This document shows, in pieces, positions 1-9,618 of a stretch of DNA of 20,000 nt. The translations under genes and the position numbers were made by a program. The notes under the pieces were generated by a model. That model saw only the letters and a list, made by a program, of their open reading frames with translations. It made no database searches and was not told the origin of the DNA. This stretch comes from Piedraia hortae CBS 480.64. Taxonomy: Eukaryota. The stretch is taken from NCBI GenBank assembly GCA_010093745.1, contig MU006026.1, positions 48,461 through 68,460 on the forward strand. The letters run 5' to 3'. How positions within the stretch are numbered: the stretch's first letter is position 1; each line of letters opens with the position of its first letter.

Positions 1-1049
1 CTGCTGCCGGGCCCGGTGCCCCGACGCCGTTGTCGGCGCTTGAAGGCATGTCCGGCCTCACCAAGCGCGACATTGAGCTGTTTGTCGGCGCTGGGTACAA
101 TACCGTAGAATCGGTGGCCTACACGTTCGTCTAATCATTACCTACATGGAATTTTACTGATCTTAGCAGGCCCAAGAAGATTTTGGAGCAGATCAAGGGC
201 GTGTCCGAGCAAAAGGCGACGAAGATTCTAACGGAGGCGTCCAAAATGGTCCCCATGGGCTTCACTACGGCCACGGAGATGCATGCCCGCCGCAGCGAGT
301 TGATCACAATCACGACAGGATCCAAGCAGCTGGATACGCTGCTAGCTGGTGGCATTGAAACTGGCAGCATCACTGAAGTTTTTGGCGAGTTTCGAACGGG
401 AAAGAGTCAGCTCTGTCACACTCTGGCCGTCACCAGCCAGCTGCCATTCGACTTGGGAGGCGGCGAGGGCAAGTGCTTATATATCGATACAGAAGGCACC
501 TTTAGGCCAGTACGACTGCTGGCCGTGGCCAACCGGTTCGGGCTCAACGGGGAAGAAGTGCTGGACAACATTGCCTACGCGCGAGCTTACAACTCCGACC
601 ACCAGCTACAGCTGCTCAACCAAGCGGCTACTATGATGACGGAGACGCGGTTTTCAATGTTGATTGTCGATTCAGCCACGTCACTCTACCGTACCGACTT
701 CATGGGACGCGGCGAGCTGTCCTCCCGCCAGACGCATCTTGCCAAGTTCATGCGGACGTTGCAGAGACTGGCGGACGAATTTGGCATCGCCGTCGTCATC
801 ACCAATCAGGTTGTGGCTCAAGTTGATGGTGGACCCAGCGCCATGTTTAATCCAGACCCGAAGAAGCCAATTGGAGGCAATATCATCGCTCACGCGTCAA
901 CCACACGTTTATCGCTGAAGAAGGGGCGCGGTGAGACAAGAATATGCAAGATTTACGATTCGCCCTGTTTACCAGAGTCCGACTGCATGTTTGCCATCAC
1001 CGAAGGCGGCATTGGCGATCCCAGCCCCAAAGATCTTGAGAAGGAGTGA
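1..1049 (+). CDS. RAD51: DNA recombinase Rad51, 5'-truncated by window edge; exons <1..124 and 170..1049
   Basis: Walker [19 protein letters not shown], Walker [27 protein letters not shown]. Upstream exon reads [13 protein letters not shown]...[11 protein letters not shown] and joins in frame (AC|G CCC AAG) across intron 125..169 (GTTCGT...CTGAT...CAG). Confidence 0.98.
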
Positions 1050-1192
1050 TAGATTAGTCATGTGTAAGTTTTGTAACAATGTAATGATTAACGCACGACC
1101 TAATTGGGTAAGCGGCGTTCCCGTCGACGCGACGTCGCCGACAGCTGCCCACCGCTCTCTGTCCTGTCACCGCACACTGCACTGCCACCGAC

Positions 1193-4100
1193 ATGGCAGC
1201 CCCGGGCAATCCGCCCGTTTTGTTCCGCGAAACCTGTCTGCCTTCGCCAGACTCGGCCAATCCCATGCTTTACATCGATGCTGGCGGCGGAAAGTCGCGT
1301 TTTTCGCCATTCCGACGCGCCGGCGACAAGCGAAGCTTTGAAGAGATTAGCGAATGCGATGAGGATGGCTATGCGCGCGCGCGGCTGGGGAGCAACGGCG
1401 GTGTTTTCTTCCGCGCCGCTGACCGCACGCCACGGAGCTTTGCCTGGCGCGTGCTGGAAGATGGAAAGGTGCTGGAGCTTCAACCGGTTGATCTCATGGT
1501 GCACAAGAAACCAGATGGCCGGCGACTGACATTCCGCATTGATTTTGGCCAGACGATCCTGAACGACGGTGTCGCGTTTGCCGATCCCGAAGCCCACGAC
1601 GCGCTCGAGGTTTTCGTGCTAACAGCCAAGCGTGAAGTCTGCACCGTGACGCTGCGCAAAGATGTTCTGACCCGCACCTCCGTCCCTGCCGATTTCAATT
1701 CACAGTCTTGCGTTAAACGGTTCGGCGGCAGCTTCCTCAGCATGCGCCAGCCGTTTCGCTTCCGCGCCGCCAGCAACGTTGAACTCATGGCCAGCTCTGC
1801 TGACGGTGGTCTTGTTCTGATGCACCGCGACCGCAACGAGAGCGGCGCGCAGTGGCAGGAGACGTACTTCAACGAACGCGGCTGGAGCGGTGCGTTGACG
1901 CTGAAGAAACTAAACTTCTTCGCCACTCAGGTGACAGTCCGCTGGGGAGGTGTGGATCTAGATCCCAATGCCATAGCGGACATGGTGCGCAGCCCGGATG
2001 CGAACTACATTTGGACGCTTAGCGTCGATTATTATCTGCGGGCATGGAACACGCAGACGGGGAAGGTTGATAAACGGCTGGACATTGCCTATGACGACCA
2101 GGATCGAGTTCTTGATAGCATTTTGATGGTGGCTGAACAGGATCAGCTGCTGCAGCTGATTCCCCGTTCGGAAACTGAATACCTTTTGGTGGTGCACCTG
2201 CCCCGAGAAAGGTGCTTCAAAGCGTATCGTGTTTTGAAGCAATTTACCTCCGTGGATGCAACGGACCTGCGAATTGAACTGGTTCGGATCAGGACACCCT
2301 ATCTACCGGCTGCTGATAAACTCGTCAATGGCAACGTTTGGCAGGTGGAAAAGTTCCATCTAGATATGGCTGATCTGGGGAATTCGCGGCTCTGGGTGCG
2401 TGCGAGGAGCGGCCCGATATGCCATACGTTTACGATTAATCTTGATATGAGGGATTTAACCGCCGTTGCGTGTCACAGGGATTCGGGCTGGACGCGGGTT
2501 CACTCTGGTTTCCTGACTCCGGAAGAGTTGAAGGCCATGGCTGATTTTCCCGGTGACCTTGATCCGGTGGATGATTCTGCTCTTACGCCGACTGAGAGTT
2601 GGTTGTCGTTTTTGTTCTACCCCGGCAGGTTTTCTACGGCTGGTATCATGGCGGCCTTGCACATGTACCGCAAGGGGCGGGGGCTGTCTGTGGCTTCTCT
2701 GCGTCCTGGAGAGCCGCTGCAAGAGCAGGTAGTGGCTGCTATCACGGCGAAACAGTCTGTTCGCCGAATGTCCAACGATTGGCCTGATTATATGCAGCAC
2801 AAACTGGACCTCCAGACGCAGTGGACCACGTTTTACAGTCTGCTCTCTCATCTCCATTCGCGTAGACACGAGTCGTTGGGTTTTGCCTATGACGATGTTG
2901 AAGGGTTGGCATGGACCGTGTATGCAGACTGCGTTGCACCCGTCAGAGCCTGCAGCGAGCTGGAGATGTGTTGTTTCAACACGCATCTGCTGGAAGCTGA
3001 GACGGGTAACCCGTCTTGGGCCTTTAGCCGCAAGATATATTCGTCCCCCGGAAGCGTGGAAGTGTCCCGCATCATCGATGCAGCCAGAGAGTTGCGGCTG
3101 TCGTTCTCTTACACGGCTCGCAGCAAGTTGGATGAAATCGTCGCCAGAGATGCGCTTGACGTCCCGGAAAATGGAGAGACTTTGACTGCGGACATCGCAG
3201 CGGCGTGCGATTTGAGACGTGATGTCAGCGATGAGGACATTGATGAATTGGTTGCCAGGTTCAGTCCCCTCGGCGGTGTTGGTGCTCTGAACGATGAGAT
3301 GGTGCTCAATGTGTTGGAATGGTTAGAGAACGAATGGCAGACGGCTGGTCCCGGTAAGGACGTCCATCTCACCCGTCCGGGGATCGATGCAACCGTCGAA
3401 ATTGCCCGCGAGACACTGCAGCGGGCGAAAGCTGTGCTTTTGGACATTTGTGCTCTCTTGGCGTGTGTGGTGGGAATTTTCGAGCTCCAAGATCTCGATC
3501 CAAGCTTTAATGCGGATAGGATGTATTTATCCGCCTTGGACCATTCGAAGCGGGTTGATATCCTGCTTTGGCTGGTTGATAACACCGTGGCGGGAGGGAT
3601 TACATTGCTGGAGACTATATTCCTCAACGAATGGCAATGTCGCTCAGAGTCGTCGATGCCATGGCAGTTGACTCTCTCCAGCAAATCCTGGCTCGGGGAT
3701 GCTGCCTTTCGCGAGTCTGGCTGGGAGGGATTCACCGCACATATCCTTTCCCATTTGTTGAAACACCAAGAACTTGATCTAGCCGTCGATTTCCTGAAAT
3801 TCACCCCCGAAGAACCCACCACACCCTGGCTCCTCTACCTCCAGGGACGGCTCTATCTATCCCAAGGCTCCTACAACGAAGCAGCCGCCCTCTTCACCGA
3901 AGCCGCACCAGACCTCAGCACACCCACAGCCCACAGTCCCGATACCTCCCACCTCCTCTCCGCCTCAGAATCAATCCATTTCTTCTCCGGCCTCGCCCAA
4001 TACTACCAACACATCTCGACCCTCTACGAATCTCTCTCCCTCTACAGCTACGTCGCAACCTTCTCAACCCTCGCCCTAAGCCATACTGACCCCCTCCCCC

Positions 4101-4741
4101 CCAACTTCTCCGCCTCCATGTCCGCCCTCGACAGGACAAAAGCAAGCACCACTTCCCCCCTCCGCACCAAACTCGACGCCGTCGAAACCGAAATGCGCCT
4201 GCTCCGCATAAAAGAAGAACGCACCGAGATTCTCTCCCGCCTCTACAACGCCTACAAACAAACACACCGCTTCTCCGAAGCGCTCGCATCCCTCTCCCAA
4301 ATCGAAGACCTACCCATAAAAAAATCTGCCCTGAAGCAGTTGGTCGAAGTCGTACTAAAAACCTCGCCTTCTCTGCTTCTGGAGTTGGGCTTTGGAGATG
4401 CGGGGGTAGAAGATGATGTTGATGGGATTTTGTCGGGATTGAGTAGCCCAGGGGTGAGGAAACTTGTGTATGCGTATAGGGTAAAAGTGGGAAGGTTCCG
4501 GGATGCGGCAGAGGCGCTTTGGGAGGAGACTGTTGCGCTGACGCGCGAGGGGGATCTGGAGGAGTTGATTGGAGTTTATACCCTGCTTATTAATACGCTT
4601 GTTTGTTGCCAGGAAGCGTGGTTCTTAGTTAGGGAGAATGGGCGGAGGAGGTTGGTGGAGGTGGGGGATTTGAGGAGGGAGCTTGGCGCGTTGTTGGATA
4701 GGAGGGAGGATGGGGTTAGAGGAAGGGTGGGGTTTTGGTAG
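1193..4741 (+). CDS. NUP120: Nucleoporin Nup120/Nup160 family (Y-complex), 1182 aa, intronless
   Basis: Uninterrupted ORF. N-terminal FFRAADRTPRSFAWRVLEDGKVLELQPVDL, WTLSVDYYLRAWN and WLSFLFYPGRFS resemble Pezizomycotina Nup120 as I recall it; helical C-terminal half. Confidence 0.85.
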   Translation: MAAPGNPPVLFRETCLPSPDSANPMLYIDAGGGKSRFSPFRRAGDKRSFEEISECDEDGYARARLGSNGGVFFRAADRTPRSFAWRVLEDGKVLELQPVDLMVHKKPDGRRLTFRIDFGQTILNDGVAFADPEAHDALEVFVLTAKREVCTVTLRKDVLTRTSVPADFNSQSCVKRFGGSFLSMRQPFRFRAASNVELMASSADGGLVLMHRDRNESGAQWQETYFNERGWSGALTLKKLNFFATQVTVRWGGVDLDPNAIADMVRSPDANYIWTLSVDYYLRAWNTQTGKVDKRLDIAYDDQDRVLDSILMVAEQDQLLQLIPRSETEYLLVVHLPRERCFKAYRVLKQFTSVDATDLRIELVRIRTPYLPAADKLVNGNVWQVEKFHLDMADLGNSRLWVRARSGPICHTFTINLDMRDLTAVACHRDSGWTRVHSGFLTPEELKAMADFPGDLDPVDDSALTPTESWLSFLFYPGRFSTAGIMAALHMYRKGRGLSVASLRPGEPLQEQVVAAITAKQSVRRMSNDWPDYMQHKLDLQTQWTTFYSLLSHLHSRRHESLGFAYDDVEGLAWTVYADCVAPVRACSELEMCCFNTHLLEAETGNPSWAFSRKIYSSPGSVEVSRIIDAARELRLSFSYTARSKLDEIVARDALDVPENGETLTADIAAACDLRRDVSDEDIDELVARFSPLGGVGALNDEMVLNVLEWLENEWQTAGPGKDVHLTRPGIDATVEIARETLQRAKAVLLDICALLACVVGIFELQDLDPSFNADRMYLSALDHSKRVDILLWLVDNTVAGGITLLETIFLNEWQCRSESSMPWQLTLSSKSWLGDAAFRESGWEGFTAHILSHLLKHQELDLAVDFLKFTPEEPTTPWLLYLQGRLYLSQGSYNEAAALFTEAAPDLSTPTAHSPDTSHLLSASESIHFFSGLAQYYQHISTLYESLSLYSYVATFSTLALSHTDPLPPNFSASMSALDRTKASTTSPLRTKLDAVETEMRLLRIKEERTEILSRLYNAYKQTHRFSEALASLSQIEDLPIKKSALKQLVEVVLKTSPSLLLELGFGDAGVEDDVDGILSGLSSPGVRKLVYAYRVKVGRFRDAAEALWEETVALTREGDLEELIGVYTLLINTLVCCQEAWFLVRENGRRRLVEVGDLRRELGALLDRREDGVRGRVGFW

Positions 4742-5236
4742 GCTATCATGGGATTTAGGAGGCGGAAAGTGTCTTTATGAGGGCAATGGTGTGTTGTACT
4801 CCACGCATCTCGCTTCCGGCTGGGAACTATTCGCGGCTTTGGATGGTGTTTTCACTTTTCCTCGGTCATGTCTCTGCAGTGGGAGTGGCTGAGCGGATTG
4901 GATGGGTTGCTGAGCTGCTATCAATGTTCTTCTCAAGACGAGGATATGTGTGAAGGGGATGGCGTAAGAAAATGGAAGTCTTCCAACAATGTATCTCTAC
5001 TCTGAATTGATGAGACGGATCATTAAACTGCTCTGAATGTTAACAATGTTCTCCGCTGATTCTGCAGGCCCTTCATCCCTTCCTCCTGGGCCATGAGCTG
5101 CTCATGAAACTCTGCTGCAGAACCTGCCTAATCTGGCCACCAAGAGACAGCCCACCAAGGTCGATCCAAGTTGCACCCTTGACAGCACGTCTCAAACGGT
5201 GACAGGCCAGGATGTTGTCACGTCGAATGTCATCAT

Positions 5237-6110
5237 ATGGAGCGAGATAGATTCCTAGCGGGTGGTACAGTGCAACGGCATTATAATTGCATCGTCCACC
5301 CACGGGGATTCCTCCCTACACATCCTTCACACATCTCTCACAGTGACTTTGAACCGAAGCACACGCTCAGTACGCCACTCATTTATGATGAAGCCACAAA
5401 AAGAAGCGCTCTTCGAGCTATGCGGGAATTTCCTCAGTTGGTTTTCGCTGTGGTATTTTAATGCCTATGTCAAGGCTGGTGTTGGACTAATTGAGAATGC
5501 AGAGGAGCAAAATGTCAGCCAACCGGTCCTGGAAGGCGGTGATAGGAGAGAAGAACTAGTGGAGTCCCGCGCCCTAGCCAACACCAAGACCAACCACGGC
5601 TTTGCGACCGCGCAGATGAAGTGGTCTAAGAAGTGTGACACCTGGCCGGCGGGTATCACCTTTGAGGACGCCTTTGGAAAGTGGTACTGTCATGGGGGCT
5701 CATGCGATGAGCCGTCGCCACGGTGGTACAAAGTCATGAAGGCCATCGGCTGCTCTTATAGGCCGCCGAGCTGCACTGTCCTCTCTGGCCACGAGCTGGC
5801 ATGCACCAATATCAAGGATGGCATCATGACACTGCCACCGAGGCTGGCTCGAGGTGCTCCATCGAGGGCTGCGGCTTTGCGAGCTCACCCACGGCAGGGC
5901 AACCGATCAAGCGATTGCGGGACCATACCCGCGACGTCCACGAATGACAGGCGAAGACCTGCGAACTCAGACGCGAGGATGGTGCCGTGTTTGCCTGGAA
6001 GGTCCAATGGATGTATCACGTCAAGATGAAGCATCCAGCAGGGGCAGCTGTGCCGACTCGGTGCTCTTTTCCACAGCGTCAGCACCCCACCGCATCCCAC
6101 TGCCTTTGCC
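5237..6110 (+). pseudogene. Decayed C2H2 zinc-finger protein gene (boundaries approximate)
   Basis: Frame +2 from 5855 (not in ORF track): CSIEGCGFASSPTAGQPIKRLRDHTRDVH, stop TGA 5945-5947, KTCELRREDGAVFAWKVQWMYHVKMKH, then RCSFPQR. Frame +3 upstream has KCDTW..F and GCSY...LSGHELAC. Needs frameshifts near 5458 and 5830. Confidence 0.55.
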
Positions 6111-6988
6111 TCGCGGTCAGGACTCTATGCATCATCTGAAAAGAAGTCACCAGCTGGGGAGCGACGATCTAGATTTATACCTTCCACCGCGGAAAAAGGC
6201 AAAGACGGGCGAGCACCGTCAAGCAGGCCTGTGAACACCCTGTATTGGCCTGGGTAATCAGCTGGATTTGTCATGAGCAATGGATAGGTCGTTCCGTACA
6301 TACCGTTCCTATCTAGACCGTACAAATGTTAAACGTGCATATTGCGTAGTTAGGTCAGCCACTATGTAGTCAAATGGGAAATTGAAACTTTTCCGATGAG
6401 ACTTACTCCCCACCATAAACACTTCTCAGCCCGAATTGCCCATCTCATCGCCGTCGTACACACAACTAGAACTAATGCAGAAATCCAACATCTTCAGCAC
6501 CCAGCAAAACAGTGCCAGAATTTTGATCACGGCCAAAAAAGGGATCAGAATAATTACTACCTAGAACTCGGTACCAGATTGGTAACAGAGATCTCCCGAG
6601 GTTCTGTGCTAGAAGAAGACTTTTCTCCAATGCCATGCAAAGCGAGACGGAACGCAACGGTCCCACAATAGGAAAAATAAGTGCGGCCGGAAGGTCGCCA
6701 ATGTGTCAATTCTCAACTTGTCTTTGGTCCATGACATAACGTGATAGCTTGGGAGACGGTCTAAATCCCACAAAAGAGAAGAGATTCACCGTTCGTCAGA
6801 GTCTAGGGACCTGACACCCTAAATATCTCATTCTCACGGAGTCATATCAACCTTGGGATTTTTGCCTCTAACGCAAGAATAGAAATTGTAAAGCAAGGCT
6901 GTGTCACGGCTTGCATGCGCCTACCAAGTCAACAATGGAGTGAAATTAAGGCCACACACTTTTCAAGGTTGACATCTGTCTACGATCA

Positions 6989-8443
6989 TCAAGGATGCGA
7001 GCCGTGATAAAAAATCTGTATTACATGCCTTTCAGACCGAAATATCTTTGATGACCATTTGAAATTTTGAAGCACAAGACTTTCCAGCTTAGGTGCTTGG
7101 CTGCGGACAATACTGTACAAGTCCCTACCGGAACTTCGGCATTCAAGAGGCACCGGAGGACCATTTTCGACACTGCATTCCCCGTTAGCCGAGCTAGCGC
7201 CTAGGAAGAACCTGTAAACTTAGCGTTTGTCTTTAGGCGTTATATCAAGTCGAAGCAAACTTGGGACAAGCAAGTGCTCTTTCTCCAGTATTCGGAGGTT
7301 AAAGCACCCAACTATAGAGCAGGAGGTCAACAAGGGACAAGACTTTCCCAGCTGTACCAGTGCGGTGGCGGTCAACCGATTTTGTACAGCCAGTGTCAGG
7401 TCTTGTAGGGCACGTAAGTTTGCGAACGTTTCCATGAAGGCCTCATACTCCCTTTCGGCGGCGATGGTATGTTGGGCACCACCCTCGTCAAACCCCAATT
7501 GTATATTTCAATATGGCATAACTTGTCTAGTTTACTGATGTTCATGATGTCCTGGCCCCGTATTTGAGTCCCTATAAAACCTAGCGTTAGCTCTTGAAGA
7601 TAGCTCATGGTACTGAGTGTCCGAAAGACGGTAGCCAATATTGATCCTTCCAGTTTTAATCTCGGGATTTGCAAGCTGGTCCCGAAGACAAGATCCAGGT
7701 TTGAGATTGGATCAAAGCATTCGTCCAATTCAGCAAGGTTTGCAAATGCTGCTGGAGAAAGTTGCAGAAAGAGTCGAATTTTAACGGGGGTAGAAGACGA
7801 AGACGTCGGATGCTGCATTTCTGTACCAAGAGGACCAGGATGTTATTATAGACAGGCCTCCTAGCATAAATAGAACAACGAATGTCCAGGTTTCCAAGTA
7901 GGTCAATTGGGCCAGAAAGTTCAACAAGTGGCCGTCGTCCCACGACTTATCACATAAAACAAGGAGAGGTCCTTGTTCATGCAACATTGATCAGAAATCG
8001 ATCGCAACAGAGATAACAAAAACTTCCTTCCCTTCAGGGTCAATTTTTCCACGCTTTATTGGAGGTGATTGCCAGGCATCGTTAGCGAGGCATTCCAGGA
8101 ACCAAATTTAAGTGTTAGCTGCTTTAGACGAGGAAATAAAAACTCTAAAGTTCTTTAAAGTTGAAAGTGTTGCACCCGGCCGCAATTAACGGACGCTGGA
8201 TTTTCTTGGCGTAAAATTAATATCTCTCGGGCGAGGCTTGCACAAGCGTATAAGTGTCAGCACTATTCCATAAGAACTTCGTCCCTTTATCTGCACACCC
8301 TCTACTGACCTGTATAACAGTGCGCAGCCAATTTCATTCTAGCGAAATGCTCGGATTATCATGAAGTAAAGCTCGACGGTTATTCGAGGTAGAGAGAAAT
8401 GTTCAGACACTGTGGTTGTCAAAGCGCAATCCAATGTATTCAT
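6989..8443 (-). pseudogene. F-box/leucine-rich-repeat pseudogene (copy C)
   Basis: Manual translation from ATG 8443: LPRITVELYFMII, LRTVIQVSR...KFLW, ERY*FYAKKIQR, FPRLKQLTL; then LRR-like ORF fragments 7656..7943, 7396..7818, 7220..7498 (FANLRALQDLTL, LGKSCPLLTSC) and terminal QAPKLESLVL. Several stops and frameshifts. Confidence 0.7.
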
Positions 8444-8811
8444 ATTCTGTACTCCTTGGCGCGGGATGAGTTGTGGCGTGTGATAAGATCAGGGGGGTGC
8501 TTGGAGTGGCGTGGGGGCCGAGGCTGTTTGAAGATTTGCGCTGTGGCGTTAGTAAGTTTTGTTGCTCGAGGGGATGGATGGATGGTGAGGTGTCAGTAGT
8601 TGGAAAGGCAATGTTGTTGGATGCAAAGGAGGAGGAATGGGAAGAGGGACGCGACTTGACCTACTAGTGCCGCAAGTGAGGGTGAGACTTCACCAGCTAG
8701 CGGATATATATTCAAGTCCGTGAATACTTCTCCTGGTTTAATAGTTCTACTTAGTGCACAATGAATAACTCCTTCAAGTTCTAAATGTATCCTTATGTCT
8801 GAACGGTAGTT

Positions 8812-9231
8812 ATCCAGAGACTGGTACTAACGCCCACGCAACGCAATGTATTGGAGTATGCAGAAGAGCTTTCATTTCCGCGCCTTTGATGTTTGACAAT
8901 TCGCTTCACCTTGGACCAATACTGGAAATTGAAAGGTACGGCTGCACATTTCCTTCGACCTAGTTTGACAACATTACACATACACGATGGGCTTGTCTTC
9001 CAACGTGTGATGAGTCACTTGCCAGCAAAATTCCCGGCTCTGAGACGGCCATCAGTCCGATATACTCCCGTGAAGTGGACAGCGGATCGATTGTACGAGG
9101 TACTGGATCGCAATCCTCATCTGCTATGCTTGACTCTTGGTTCATCTGGGAAAGAAGACAGCGGCAGACAGTCGAGTCTCTCCTTCAGTATGGTTTTGGG
9201 GTCTCGTGCAATCTGGAATCATTTGTGGTAA
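8812..9231 (+). pseudogene. F-box/LRR family internal fragment (copy B), inverted relative to copies A and C
   Basis: IQRLVL...EELSFPRL*CLTI...AHFLRPSLTTLHIHDG...HLPAKFPALRR...WTADRLYEVLDRNP...SFSMVLGSR aligns collinearly with copy A; internal TGA at 8887-8889. Confidence 0.8.
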
Positions 9232-9618
9232 CAAGGAACGGTCATCTTGAAGGTCTTGTGGGCATTGTTACGTTTGATCCAGAAGCAGTGAAATTAGGAT
9301 AGATCTTTATGTAGCTATGGAATGTCATCGCGGGGACCATGTTAATCCGATTTGATGCATCCTATCTTGTTGTGCAAGCCGTCGCCGAGCGGTGTGACTT
9401 TCGGAGGTGAATTCACGCACAATCGTATTTAGACTCCCTCTATAACGGCCTTCCGGGGTTTAAGGCCCAGCAGCATGTGGTGCAGTTGTCAGCACAGTGT
9501 AAAATCAATTTCACGTCCGCTATATCCAGATTTGGTTCGCGTGCAATCGATCAAACGTTGTAACTACAGCTTCGCAGTATACTGGAGGTTCCCATGCCGC
9601 GTGATCAAAGACGCTTAA

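Noticed and set aside
164..169. Tandem acceptor TAGCAG in the RAD51 intron
   Set aside because: Would only insert one Arg in the conserved YTPK segment; the distal CAG gives the canonical protein and nothing indicates alternative use.
3109..4300. Long antisense ORFs within NUP120, and similar ones within VRL1 and OLA1
   Set aside because: Shadows of sense-strand codon bias and G/C skew; no recognisable motifs.
5420..5830. Secreted Cys-rich effector reading (MREFPQLVFAVVF[fs]NAYVKA...LVESR)
   Set aside because: Needs a frameshift, the signal peptide is weak, and the Cys/His spacing fits a zinc-finger relic better.
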